NCBI RefSeq assembly: GCF_004010195.1
Contig: NC_057725.1
Coordinates: forward strand, 57,258,323 to 57,322,322
Reading direction: 5' to 3'
From: Chiloscyllium plagiosum
Lineage: Eukaryota
Length of the DNA: 64,000 bases
Shown here: piece after piece, positions 10,834 to 23,552 of the stretch
How the letters are laid out: each line of letters starts with the position of its first letter
Position numbering within the stretch: the stretch's first letter is position 1
The notes under the pieces: generated by a model
The model's database searches: none
Seen by the model: the letters and a program-made list of their open reading frames with translations, nothing else
What the model was told of the DNA's origin: nothing
Program-made: the position numbers and the translations under genes

Positions 10834-12732
10834 CTATTAGCCCTATTGTTAACGTGGAGGAATCTTTCAGAATCACAGGTCATTATCAAAGTCTCAAGAA
10901 GAGCAGACAGCACAGCAGGTTGTTAAATGAAATAGTCCTCTCGATTCCATCCATTGGAAATTAGTGGAAAGAAAATTGTTTGCAGAAAATTGAAGAAAAT
11001 TGACAGGTAGCACTGACCTGATTGTGCGATTGCAGCACCCATTGTATTCAAGATGCTGCTTGGGCGCTTTGTAAAGTTTTGGCTCGATCATCAGGGCTTA
11101 CTCATAAAGAATGAGAACTGGGATGGTTAGCAGCCCGACATTGTGCGGTCAGAGTGGGTTAACAGTTCGAGGAGAGTTGTTTACAATCTTAAGAACAATC
11201 AATACAGAGCATCAGTTATTCAATGCAGATCTTGACCTGTGTAACAAGACTACATGTTTTCATTCCTTTTTGTTTAAAATTGTGGAGATGTTTCATGAAA
11301 TGCAAAATAAAGAGTTGCATGTTACATCATTTTGCTTTGCAGTTTGAAAATCTTTAGACTTCGATACATTTCCGTCAGTGTCCTTTGAGTACATGCTACC
11401 ACTTTATTGTTATCAGATGTGACTTCAAAGACTAGAAATTTTCAGTACAGACTTGGGGACTTCCAGCTCTTCAGAATCTCAGTTCTAAAAAGAAATCACA
11501 ATTATTGTTCTCCCTGCCATTTCTCAGAATGTCAAAGCTTTGTGGTTCCAAACTGTGTTTGTGGGTGAATTCCAAAGTCAGTGGAAATTCCCCCAAGTAT
11601 GCTGCCCCTGTATTCATTAACCAGTTTCCCCTCATTTGGACTGCACTGAGTCTCACTGAATATGCACCTAACAACCATCATCGGAGTCTAAATTGCAGTT
11701 TGTTGTGCTTTCATATTTTCATCCTTTGCTGTCCCTATTGACATTTGTGTGTGCATGTCTGAGTGCGGGCTGTGTTAAGTATCCCCCGAACAAGTTTGCC
11801 TACTTTTCCAAACAAACACTTAATGCAAGAAAACATTGAAATCTGGAAATAAGGCAGAACCTTCCATCATGCAGTCTACATTCCTTGTCAGGTATGGAAG
11901 GTGCTTCCACTTGGTTGTGAGACTTCACTCGTGTATTGTCATCCTCGGTTTATTACGTATCCATGCGCTAGTAGTTGTGGTGAGGGTAGGCAGGAGGTCC
12001 TGGTGCCTACGGTTAACTCTTGGAGTCAGTGGGTCCAGTGCCATATTTAAATGGTGCCCAGACAGCAGCTCACTCACAGCGAACCAAAAGCATCACATTT
12101 GCCTGTGTTTGCCACTATCTTCCCTCACCCAACCTCGCCCCTCTCCCACCACCACCATATCCAAAGGTATGACAGACATGACAGGCGATGGCCTCTCATA
12201 AAGCGTTGCCCAACAGCAGACAGAAGTGCAGGGTTCACTTCTCCCAGCATCTAGGGAACAGGAGAATCGACGTGTGATCCAATGGCAAGGAGAGATCTGC
12301 TTTGCACTTTCTTTGCAGCTCTCCCACTTGCACCACCCAAAATCTCTGCCTCATGGCAACTCCAGATGCCATTCATTATCATCTTCACTGTGGCTCCTGA
12401 TTTTGCAGGGATCTCAATGTTACGGGGTCTGGGTCATGAAGCAACATTGTTGTCTTGTTTGCGTCACCATAGAGAGATGAACACACCTGAGAATGGTGCT
12501 CATGCAGTTAACTCATTGTCACATGGTCCTTGGAGAACCTCTAAGCCTCCTATTGTTGTGGAATTCCCAGTGAGGCCATCCATGCACTCTGTCTGAGTCT
12601 GCAACTCCCACACATTGTACCTGTCTTGCCACTATTACACTATTATAGCCACTCCCTAACACTCTCAGTATAGTCCTTTCGACCCAACCATTGACACTAC
12701 TGACCCTGCTGGTTAAGAACAATAATAGAGCA

Positions 12733-12930
12733 CCATAGAAACATAGAAAGTAGATGCGGAACTAGGTCTTACAGCTGTTTGAGCGTACTATGGCATTCAT
12801 TACTATCATCCAACCTGTTCTGCTTTTCTTCTGTGTCCTTTGATCCCTTTTGCCCCGAGTGCAATGTTGTGGCCTCAACTGCTTTCTGTGGTTAATGAAT
12901 TCCACTGGCTCAGTGTTCGCTGAGTGTCTC
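12733..12930 (-). mobile_element. Decayed CR1 3' end
   Basis: catagaaacatagaaa tail followed by CR1 3'UTR-like sequence. Confidence 0.55.
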
Positions 12931-13672
12931 TGAAACCTTTCCTGTCTGTAGATGCACCATTCAAATTCAGATACAACCTTTTAACCCTATTCTGGTTATC
13001 CTTTCTGCCCTTGGTCAGCCTCTATCCCCTGCACCCTTTACAATCCATCCTCCATGCCCACTAGATTGTCTGTCATTACATCACATCGATGACACTGCAG
13101 AAAGAGCACAATGCAGTGACCACTCACTCCAAAGTCCTGGACAATGACTACCAGGCATGGTTCTGAAGGCCCAGTACTGCTTATTTGCATAACAGGAACT
13201 TTATTCTGGTAAGCTGGCCTTCTCATGAGGATATATGACACATAAATACATGCGTTTACCCTGCCTCAACCCATCTTTAATGTTTGGAGAATTTAATTAC
13301 AAAAAAAAAGTTATCCTAACATCAGGATTCTGAATTTTGCCCATTCAAGCAGTTAAGTTCCCTCATTTGTCTTGCTTCCTGCTCCCAGGATCCACCCTTT
13401 AAAATCTTAAACACAGGGGGCACATTGTGATTTATGCCCTTGAGTAAGTAATCCAGTTAGTCCCACTCCTTTACTGTATCCCCATCAGCCCTCCAACTTC
13501 CCTTTAAATCAATTCATTCTTGGAGATCTCCTCCATTTCAGGCGGTGCCTTCCACACCATAGCACCCAGTTACATGAAAATAAAATTGGACTCACTTCCC
13601 ACACATTTGCAATTATTTGAAAAGTAACGATACCAATGAAAGTCAAATGGAAGCTCCCTTACCCTTGCAATA

Positions 13673-13893
13673 CAGTCAGTTCTTCTATTACGCAATGGCT
13701 GCATTGTTGTGCAACCCAGTGTTATATAAAAATCATGCTTTAGAAATGGTGTTTAAAGTGTTGCGATGCAATCGCATTACAGCCAATACACGTTTTAAAA
13801 GTTTGCACTTTAGTAACAGTGTCCACCAATCTGTCAATCGCATTATAGCGAATTTGCATTAACAAAACGCATGTTATAGCAGAAGTATTGGTG
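13673..13893. mobile_element. Tc1/mariner(pogo)-like MITE
   Basis: TA|cagtcagttcttctattac at left and imperfect inverted gttatagcagaagtattggtg at right; internal repeated cg/cattatag motifs; no ORF. Confidence 0.6.
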
Positions 13894-15291
13894 TCATTTA
13901 GTGCCACCCATAAAGATCACACAAGAAGCACGTAATGAAGAAAGTCCCACCAAGGTCACAGGCTTCAGTGTGTGGAAGAGACTTATCACATGCAATGCGT
14001 AGATGAGAAAGGGGACTTAGTTGCATGGGGCTCCACCAGGAACGTAATAATATTCTGTACAATCTCATGCAGTTGTTTACTGTTGGATTCTTGAAAGCAC
14101 CATAAGTTTTAAGGATGTCATGTATATGAAGACATTATTGGAGAGGTGTCACCTATATGAGAGCACTATTTCACATAACCCCTTTCAGTGTTTCTGAATA
14201 AAGCATGTAATTTTCCTTTTGAAACAGTTACCTGTAGAAAAGTATAATTGGATAGACAACAGAGATCTTGTCCATCTGGTTTTATCAGGAAATATCCTTT
14301 ATTGACAAGGTGCTTTGAAGTATTTATTCTGTACTATTAGAGTTGCGATATGTAGAGTGTAGGAAATGCACAAATTTGGCTTTCTGTCTTTGAGCACAAC
14401 TATGCTTTTTTATTGTTCTGACGTGTTTATTGTCCTTCTATCTCTATATCTTTTTTCCTTTCTCCACATGCCACCTCTCTCACTGACTATTCATGTCCCC
14501 TCTCTCTTTTTCTCTGGCCTCCTGACATGTCATAGGAGGGATCTCTTTTCTCCGATAGATATCAGCAGGTGCACTGCTCTTTCTGCCCGAGGTTTGACAT
14601 CAGCCCAGCAGCTCTAGGAATATTGCAGATTTTGTTTTCAATTTGAAATGAAAAATAAAGCAAAGCACAAAGTGATGGAGAAGTCTGGGGAAGTTGTTCT
14701 TGTGAGAATCTCTGTGCAGATTCTAGTCCTCCATTACTGTGCATTGTTGATTTAGATGCTCAATCATCGTTGTAAATCTTCTGATTATGACTGTGCAAGT
14801 AAACACACAATTGTTGTCTTTATTCTTTACTACATGCAACTACTTCCTCGTACAGTGAGATATTAGAAGAAAAACTTCAATTTTTTTTCCACTTCTTCCT
14901 GTACATTCTGCATGAGAAACCTATTCAGAAATTTGGTCAGTTGTAAGTCACTTGTCTGGAGAGTTTCCTTGTTCGGTTAATAGGCTCCCCTTTGTTTTTT
15001 CCTGTGAAACTGTTATTGTCTAGCCCTTAACTTACCAAATACTAATACATTCTTACTGCATAAAGCTGTGTTGATCTCTATCTCCATTGTGTAATAGTAG
15101 ACTGATATTTTAAGAACAGATGATGCAATGGTTGCTCATGGTCAGAATTGTGCAGTGTAACATGACGAGATGATCAGTATGTTATGAATGACATGTTGCA
15201 AATCCATAGGACATTTTTTTTGAGGAGCAGCCTCACGTAGTCTCTTATCATTGATGCTCACGTGAGCAGCACCCTTGTGTGATTGACACCA

Positions 15292-15812
15292 TCAGAAGGA
15301 AGTTGTGAAATTTGAAAGGATTCAGAAAAGATTTACAAGGCTGTTGCCAGGATTGGAAGGTTTGAGCTATCGGGAGAGGCTGAATAGGCTGGGGCTGTTT
15401 TCCCTGGAGCATCAGGGGCTGAAGGGTGACCCTCAGGTTTATAAATTCATGAGGGGCTTGGATAGGATAAATAGACAAGGTCTTTTCCCTGGAGATAGGG
15501 GAGTCCAGAACTAGAGGGCCTGGGTTTAGGGTGATAGGGGAAAGATTTAAAAGGGACCCTAAGGGGCAACTTTTTCATGCAGAGGATGGTGCATGTATGG
15601 AATGAGCTGCCAGAGGAAGTGGTGGAGGCTGGTACAATTACAACATTTAAAAGACATCTGGATGGAAAAAATGAATAGGAAGGGTTTAGACGGATTTGGG
15701 TCAAGTGCTGACAAATGGGACTAGATTAGATTAGGATATCTGGCCAGCATGGACAAGTTAGACTGAAGGGTCTGTTTCCATGCTGTACATCTCTATGTCT
15801 TTATGATTCCAT
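15292..15812 (+). mobile_element. HER1-like LINE 3' fragment
   Basis: FERIQKRFTRLLPGLEGLSYRERLNRLGLFSLE, WNELPEEVVEAG; ctctatg tail. Confidence 0.93.
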
Positions 15813-17179
15813 GTAGAATGGGCAGTCTATCCTCCAGCAGTGTGCTGAAGTGAACAATTTGTCCATCACATCACATAACAATTTGAAAATCTTTATTTAA
15901 AAACTTCCATCTCAGAGTACTTTTGTAGCTAGTAAAGAAAATTGAAGACACATACAAATGTTGGAGTACAAATGCTCCACATGCATTCACAGTACTGTCC
16001 TGAAGATTTAATCCATCATACCTGAAGACTGCAAAGCAATCTGAAATGATTGGTAATCCTAGTTGAGCAGCACATCATTACCACTGTTCAAAGATATGGA
16101 TTAATTCGTAAGCAATACCACAACGTAGCGCTGGATGAATGCCTATCTTCGAACAGCATTATGATATGTGTATGGTCATTGATTTTACATGGGAAGTGGT
16201 GTCTGTGTAGGAGGTCACACACCTATCAGCCAAGAAAACCTGTAATAGAGTGTAAAAACCTCTTTGAAAGCCTGTACAGCAAACATTTTGTTAACCGACA
16301 TTTATGAGATCAGGAGTGTGCCAATCGATCAACTATTCCAGTTGGTCAAGAGGTCCACATAATCAATGTCAAAACACACAGTAAGTAATACAAACATAAT
16401 GCAGGGGGTATATGCATCACTGTTATACTTTACTTACAATCTAAATCATGTAAATTATAATTTAACACCAGACAGTCTTCTCACTTACACACTCAGCTGA
16501 CTACTTGGACTTTGTGGACTTCACAATAATACCATAAACGTCCGGTATTTGAGGTATATAATTTTTGCTAGTTTGTCAACAGTGCCAGTCCATAAGGTGC
16601 CGGTTAAAACAAAGTTTGCTGCAGTTAATTTTTCAGCTTAAGTCCAAGCTCAGTTCAAAGTGAATACTGTGGCCCACTGCATTCCAGATTGAGCAAAGGC
16701 CACTGTTTCCCTTTTCCTCCAGCACACTCTGCCTGGGTCAAATGGAGGCTCAATTTTGCATTGCTCTGAGTTTGAGTCTTCCTCTTAAAACAAATCAATG
16801 AACTGAATTTTTCAACAGACTGAGTTTTTAACATGTAGTAGCACACACTTGGAGTCGTTAATGAGATGATGGCCTTTCTATACTAACAATCCACATTTAA
16901 CATGGACATTTAGCATGCCGAGACTGCCTGCCTGCCTCCCTAACCTGGCAATCTGGATCAGGATTCATTTTTGTCATGGTCGCACCTGCCAGTGCTCCTC
17001 TGCTGGCAGAAGTGGTTTCCTTCTCTGCAGGAATCCTCATGGCAGTAGGAACAAACATGGCAATCTAGAAAGCCAGCCAATGTTGACCAAAGGCCTTGAG
17101 AAACAGATCAACCTCAAAAAACTGATACCTCAAGAATGGACTGGATTATAAACCTACGATTGGAGAATGAGATGGAATA

Positions 17180-17815
17180 TGTTAAGGACCAGAACAAACC
17201 TCGTCAAAACATATCAAGGAAATAACCTAGACCCAGCTTTTATCTAAGTTAAAGACAAAGTGTACTTTGTTCTAAATGTGATTTGATTGGTCCACCACTA
17301 AGCTTTAAGAATAAAGTACACTTTATTCTTACAACACAGTTAAAATACAAACAAAAAAAATGAATTGGCATAACTTTATCTCTTTGAAAATACTTAACAA
17401 AATAATATATTATTTAAAAACTAATCCTCAACTGTACCAATATAGCAACATCCCATAAACACACCCTTGGAAAAGGCAAAACAAATTTCTCTCATGTGCT
17501 ATCTCCACCAGTACAGGAGAAAGTAACGCTGAAAGAAACAACCTCGCAGCAGAGACAGAGAGAGAACCCATCACCTTGGTCAGTAGCAGTAGAAACTTTC
17601 TCACTAACTGAAAGCAAAACTAAAACCCTGGGTCTGTGAGAGCCTGACCCCGCCCATTCATGCTTCCTCTGTCTAATTTAAAAAAACTCACTCAGGGAGC
17701 TCAAAGCAGTTTGCCCACTGCTTCTGCAGCAGACATTGCCGCACCACTGTGGAACCACCTTTCTCCAATAGAAATAGCACAGATTAAATCTCTTTTAAAG
17801 TCCAGTACTGTCACA
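17180..17815 (-). mobile_element. Solo LTR (636 bp), Gypsy-like by TSD length
   Basis: TGTTA…TCACA termini with 4-bp TSD AATA (17176-17179, 17816-17819); tttatt (minus-strand AATAAA) near 17322 and a GC box near 17650. Confidence 0.72.
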
Positions 17816-18555
17816 AATAGCACGGTTTGGCTTTGGCAAAGTGTAGTGCCTTAGCGAAGTAAGATGATTTGTTAAAAGTCCAAACAGGTCTTAGATGTTA
17901 AAGCTAAAATCAATCAGCAACTATTAACAGCTATTTAAGGCGTATTAACTGTGAAGTTGAATCTTATATATATAGAACCATTATTTAAATGTAAGAATTT
18001 CTAACATATCCTGAATTGGTATTTTGATTTTTGCATTTCTTCCCGCAAAATTTCATGATTATACTTCTGTTTATCCAGCACAAATGAAGGAATGCCGCAC
18101 ATAACTAACTACAGCTTAAGTTACAAGGCTGTGTAATCGGTTTATAAACAGGACTTGTATTGTCAGTTTTTTTTTCCTGGGATCTTGGCTGGTGAGGTGC
18201 TGATTCAGCTAGTTTACATCTCAATGTCAGCCAACAAGGTAGTTTTCTACAAAGCCACATATGTCTCTGTAGCTCAGTACGTGAAATAACATCATTCTAT
18301 CTCACTCATTTTTAAATAGCAACAAACACAGCTCCCAGTAACAGAATATCTGTTATCTCACCAATCACAAAAGCAAAAGATGCCTCCAGTTAAACTGAAC
18401 TAAAGGATCATGGGTATTCTCCAGATATTTATTAATTTGTGAAAACAACATAATGAAGATTTATAAAACAACACCTTTACCAAATTGGTGCACAGCCTTG
18501 ACTTTTTGTAGAGTGCATTTCACTATAGTACATCCATGAAAAAGGTTCAATCCAA

Positions 18556-18717
18556 GGGGCAATTTTCACTGGGCTGGATGTAAAACTGACCTTACACCCC
18601 ATCCAATATTACTCCTCATTGACTTCAATCCAAAGTAAATTCATTTTCTTTGCAAAACAACAGATTGAGCCATGCCCACCCACTACCCATCTATCAAGTT
18701 GAGTTAAAAATATCCCC
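18556..18717. mobile_element. Short MITE, PIF/Harbinger-like termini
   Basis: ggggcaattttcact … agttaaaaatatcccc imperfect TIR; central cattgacttcaat palindrome. Confidence 0.55.
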
Positions 18718-19029
18718 ATTGCTTATTTTTAAAAATCTTTCAAATTTTCAATGTTCAATGTATACTTGCAATGTTCTGCATGTATTCCACCTTTGTTCAG
18801 TTCATTTCGAGACCATCCCCACCCCCTAACCACTGAGGCTTTACCTTCTGTTAAACAGATATCTCTTTCCTATAATTACCTTTATTTAACCTTTTCCTAA
18901 ACAGCCCTCTTCCTCAGGTGCCTTTGATTCCTTGTTTGCTATTCTTTACAGTTGTACATTGTAAGGTGCTGACTGGCAATCATGCCTCTAACCTCACTTC
19001 GGAGATTTGCAAATAGAATCAAGGCTTGA

Positions 19030-19165
19030 CTCTTCATTGCATAATTGAGGTGCTGTCTTTCAGATGTGATGTGAAACTACCCTTTCAAGTGCATATGGTG
19101 CCGCTTAAAGAAGGACAATGACGTTCTCCCAGTATCCTGACCAACTTTCATTCTTTAACCAACAC
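19030..19165 (+). mobile_element. Deu-domain SINE fragment
   Basis: gaggtgctgtctttcagatgtgatgtgaaac…gttctcccagtatcctgaccaac resembles the DeuSINE (AmnSINE1/SacSINE1) central domain. Confidence 0.6.
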
Positions 19166-19402
19166 TGCAGTTTGTAGGCAGTGGTGCCAGCCATGAAACC
19201 TGCCTCTAAAGCAATAAAAAAAATCTGTGCATGAGAAGGGATCTAACTTGTTAGCTGGACTTGTGTTGAGTGAGCTGGAATGGGAGTCCTGCTTTTCTTC
19301 ACCCACAGCTGGGGTCAATTGCCTCTAGCACTAGGCCACCACAGTTAACTGAGTTCACATCACTGACTTCTTACTCTGGATTTTGAAGTCTTAATTATTA
19401 GG

Positions 19403-19530
19403 CAACCACCTGATGAAGGAGCAGTGTTCCAAAAGTTGGTGCTTCCAAATAAACCTGTTGGAGTATAACCTGATGTTGTGTGATTTTTAACTTTGCACAC
19501 CCCAGTCCAACACTGGCACCTCCAAATCAT
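19403..19530 (+). mobile_element. Penelope-type short element, family B, single arm
   Basis: cacctgatgaaggagcagtgttccaaaagttggtg…aataaacctgttgg…cacctccaaatcat; homologous to 39424-39617 and 63257-63448. Confidence 0.82.
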
Positions 19531-20081
19531 GGTGATTAGGTTAATAAAAATGAGGATTTGCTCTGTAAGTGACCTCAAACATGTCCTTCCTCTTTGTCAA
19601 TGGGATACTCAGTCTCTCATTGTCATGCCACATGCTGCTTCCTTATGCTCTGTATCTCAAAGCTGTGGATAAATAGTGGAAACAGAAATGCTTTGTCAGA
19701 TTCTACATATTAATTTGTTGATTTGCCAGACATTGAAGTAAATACTACTTTTACACTGCAATGTTTGTGCCAATAAGTGACACCCACTCCAGAAGCCAAA
19801 TGAAAATAAAACCCTGTTAATCTGCCTCCATGAAGTGACTCACTGCAGGTCTGAATGAGTGTTTTCAGACTTGGGAAAGGGACCTTTGCAGTTATTGAAG
19901 TACTCCCTGGAAAGTGCTTAGACAAAAACAGTGCCAGCCAAACTTTATACTTAGTAGTGGAAGAATCTGTAAGTAACATTCAGCGGAAACAAGCAGATTC
20001 TAAGTTAACTAATGGAGAAAAGAACAGAAACTAAATGCAAACTGAATAGAAATTTAATCATCTTGGACTCTCAGTTTGAAA

Positions 20082-20200
20082 AGCTGAAGAAGAGTTACAC
20101 CCGAAATGTTGACTTGTCCACCTCCTGACGCTGCCTGGTTTGCTGTGTTCTTCAGCCCCATGCTTGTCTACTTTGTTTTCCAGCATCCACAGCTTTTTTG
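20082..20200 (+). mobile_element. Penelope-type short element, family A-related
   Basis: ctgaagaagagttacacccgaaatgttgac…gctgcctgg…ttccagcatcc shares the core and tail motifs of family A. Confidence 0.65.
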
Positions 20201-20329
20201 GCACCATTCACAACCGTCAAGCAAGAGTAATATTCAGCAATACCAAGCTTCTAAAGGAGAGCTCTGCTCATGGGGGCATAGCTTCATGACCATGGATCAT
20301 AACCCCAAATAGAACATAGAACACAGAAA

Positions 20330-21093
20330 AGTACAGCACAGAACAGGCCCTTTGGCCCACGATGTTGTGCCAAGGATTAATCCGAATGCAAAATAAAATA
20401 ACTTAACCTATGCATCCCTCAATTCACTGCTGTCCATGTGCATGTCCTTCAGTCGCTTAAATATCCCTCATGACTCTGCTTCCACCACCACCACTGGCAA
20501 TGCATTCCATGCATTCACAACTCTCTGTGGAAAGAACCTTCCTCTGACGTCCCCTCTACCTTTCTCCTAATATCTTAAAACTATGACCCCTCGTGCCAGT
20601 CAATCCTGCCCTAGGGAAATGTCTCTGGCTATTGACTCTATCCATGCCTCTCATTATCTTGTATACCGTAATCAGGTCACCTCTCTTCCTCCTTCTCTTT
20701 AGAGAGAAAAGTCCAAGCTTAGTCAACCTCTCTTCATAAGGCAAGCCCTCCAGTCCAGGCAGCATCCAGGTAAACTTTCTTTGCACCTTCTCCAAAGCCT
20801 CTGTATCTTTCCTATAGTAGGGCAATCAGAACTGAACACAATATTCCAAGTGTGTCTCACCAGCGACTTATGGAGCTGTAGCAAAACCTCACGGCTCTTA
20901 AACTCGATCCCCCTGTTAATGAAAGCCAAAGCACCATATACTTTCTTAACAACCCTATCCACTTGGGTGGCAACTTTGAGGGATCGATGTACTTGCACAC
21001 CCAGATCCCTCTGTTCCTCCACACTGCCAAGAATCCTGTCTTTAATCCTATATTCAGCATTCGAGTTTGACCTTCCAAAATGCATCACTTCGC
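20330..21093 (-). mobile_element. CR1 LINE 3' fragment
   Basis: MHFGRSN…VEEQRDLGVQVH…; LEKVQRKFTWMLPGLEGLPYEERL; agaacatagaac tail. Confidence 0.93.
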
Positions 21094-21211
21094 AGTCTGA
21101 ACAACAAAATGATTCTCTCTCATCCTGGAATGCTGGAATTCGGTCACAATCAAAAACAATCTGAACAAGTGAATCTCAACCAATTTGTGACACAAAGAAC
21201 CTTGAAAGTTA

Positions 21212-21340
21212 AAACTGAAAGAAGTGCGGATGCTGTACATCAGAAATAAAAACAGGAATTGCCAGAAAAGCTCAGCAGGTCTGGCAGCACCTGTGGAAAG
21301 AAATCAGAGTTAAGCTTTCGGGTTGAGTGTCCCTTCCATC
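21212..21340 (-). mobile_element. Penelope-type short element, family A-related, decayed
   Basis: gcggatgctg…gaaaagctcagcaggtctggcagca…ttaagctttcggg parallels the family A antisense arm. Confidence 0.6.
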
Positions 21341-21606
21341 TTGAAAGTAACTGTTCAACTGTGACATTAACATTGTTGGTAACCCCCATAGCAACACCTG
21401 CAGAGTTCCACTATTTAACGTTCACAAACAATCTTGATACTGATCTGTCGATCTCTTTTTAAAAAGTTCACCTTTTTAGACTTGCACACAGATTAGAAAT
21501 AAAAAGTATGTATATTGTGTGACTGATCCTTCCCCTATTTAGTCATGAATGAACTCGCTTTCTATTAACTCAAAAAAGCCTGGTTAAATTGGCTCCTTTA
21601 ACAGCA

Positions 21607-21790
21607 GGAGAAAGTGAGGACTGCAGATGCTGGAGATCAGAGCTGAAAATGTGTTGCTGGAAAAGCGCAGCAGGTCAGGCAGCATCCAAGGAGCCCTTCC
21701 TGAAGAAGGGCTCATGCCCGAAACGGCGATTCTCCTGCTCCTTGGATGCTGCCTGACCTGCTGCGCTTTTCCAGCAACACATTTTCAGCT
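21607..21790 (-). mobile_element. Short Penelope-type fold-back element, family A, young
   Basis: Tail ggagaaagtgaggactgcagatgctggagatca at left, then perfect inverted arms (21640-21693 vs 21738-21791); TSD gctccttt(c)aacagca at 21592-21606 and 21788-21803. Confidence 0.88.
21697..21732 (+). ncRNA. Minimal hammerhead motif, cleavage triplet mutated
   Basis: CTGAAGA-A-GGGC tcat GCCC-GAAAC-GGC; the sister copy at 50034 has GTC here. Confidence 0.6.
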
Positions 21791-23091
21791 CCTTTCAACA
21801 GCATAAATTCATTTGAGTCTGGGAGGAAGGCATCCGCATGGGATAGCAGACATTCTTAATTTAAGATTGGTATGAGCAACCGAGGGATAGGAAAATAAAA
21901 CCAGGGAGCTAGTTCCTCCTGCCTCCACCCAAGGGCTTAACAATTTTGGGTAAACTTAACAAACTGGGAAACCTCCTCTGGGATCTGGGTGAAACAATGC
22001 TGACTGGAGCTGTCATTTGTGGTTCTCAGTGAGCTGCAACTAGTGAGCTTCATACTTTGGCTGTTAGATTGCCATTGTTCAATTTGGTATCACGTGGTCT
22101 CCATAGATAAAGTGCTCAGATAAATGTAATTCAAGATAATGAAATGGAAAATGTGTCAAAGCTTTTCAGTGTTCTGCTTCAGCCACAGGATGATGCTCTG
22201 TAATGTAGACACTATTCTGATCGTATGTTATGATAAGGGGGCCTGCTCCCATTCTCTCTGTCTTTAGGAGTCTGACAGCTGATTAACACAGAGCCCCAAC
22301 CATTCCTTTGACTTTTCTTTCCTCCTATTCTGAACGCACAGCCTGGAATTTTCTCGAGCCTTTCAGTGCACGTCCACTGTCAATCACACATGGCCCCAAG
22401 CTCTCTAGGCCTGGTTCTTTGGTTGCAGATATTATTAAGGTGGAAGCTTAGCTCAAATCAAATCAAGTTCTGTAAAGGAAGAGTCAGACATGACTGGCCC
22501 CAGAATGGAGACTATATGTGGCAACACGCTGAGAGAGAGAGAGGTTTCCTGGTTGGTGGATGCGTGGGCTCAGCACAGAACTGAATGACTTCTAAACCTT
22601 CATTCCTTACCTGTTGCTCAATGGGATTGGACATAATACACCTGATCCTGGTAGGCCTCAAATTTTAAGCATCTGCCTTAGTAATCTCAAGATCACTGTC
22701 CCAGCAGCAACTTTTCTGTCTCCTTTTCATGGCTGCCTCCTGAAGTAGTTTCTGTCATGTAAGGACCTGTCAGAAAGTATGGCTTTTAGAGAATAGGGTC
22801 AGGCTGGAACATTCGGATCAGACTGAGCTTCAAGACTGAGGAGCACTGCTGCCCCGACTCTTGTTCTCTTGCCGTCATTTGGTTCAGCATCCCTGTGGTG
22901 CTTCCTGTACTTGCACCCCACCACCACCGATCCTTCGCCCCACCCCGTCAACTTTGAATCTTTGGTTGACAACAATTATTCATCAGGGAGATGTGTTTCA
23001 CTGTCATTGTATCTTTCCAAGTTCACATCCACTCCCCCCCCCCCCCCTCAGAGGGCAGAAGAGTCCTTATGTTAACATGTCATCAGATGTC

Positions 23092-23552
23092 TGACAGAGC
23101 AGGTTCGTTCAGCTAATACCAGGTATGAAGGGACTGCCTCACGAGGAGATATTGATTAGACTGGGCCATACTCATTGGAATATACAAGAATGAGAGTCAA
23201 CCTTATTAAAAACAGACTTGTAGGGACTTGACAGTGTAGATGCAATGAGTCTCGGACCCAAGAGTTTAATCTCAGAATAGGGAGTCATAAATTTTAGACA
23301 GGGATGAGGAGGAATTTCTTCTCTGAAGGTAACAAGTCTGTGGAATTATTTACCTTAGGGCTGTGAGGCCAGGTCATTACATATATTCAAGCCTGAGATA
23401 CACATATTTTTAATTAGTAAGGGAATCGATGTTGATGAGGAAAAGGCAGAGAAGTGGAGTTGATGGTTATTATATCAGCCATGATTTGAGTGAATGGCAG
23501 TGGATTTAATGGGCTGAGTAACTTACTTCTACTGCTATATCTTATGGTCTTA
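23092..23552 (+). mobile_element. Decayed CR1 LINE 3' fragment
   Basis: ataccaggtatgaagggactg…gaggaggaatttcttctctg…atatcttatggtcttat tail. Confidence 0.75.

Larger units (their letters stand above)
21540..21942 (+). mobile_element. LTR-like repeat fragment interrupted by a family A element
   Basis: aactcgctttctattaactcaaaaaagcctggttaaattgg matches 62490-62532; the downstream part matches 62615-62675. Confidence 0.5.

Noticed and set aside
12245-12273. cagcatctagggaacaggagaatcgacgt, a 29-nt match to family A
   Set aside because: Probably a real micro-fragment, but too short to define boundaries, a TSD or a ribozyme.
21640-21791. Pre-miRNA or CRISPR-like interpretation of the long hairpins
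   Set aside because: Dispersed multi-copy family with TSDs and a PLE-type tail; no regularly spaced repeat-spacer array anywhere in the window.
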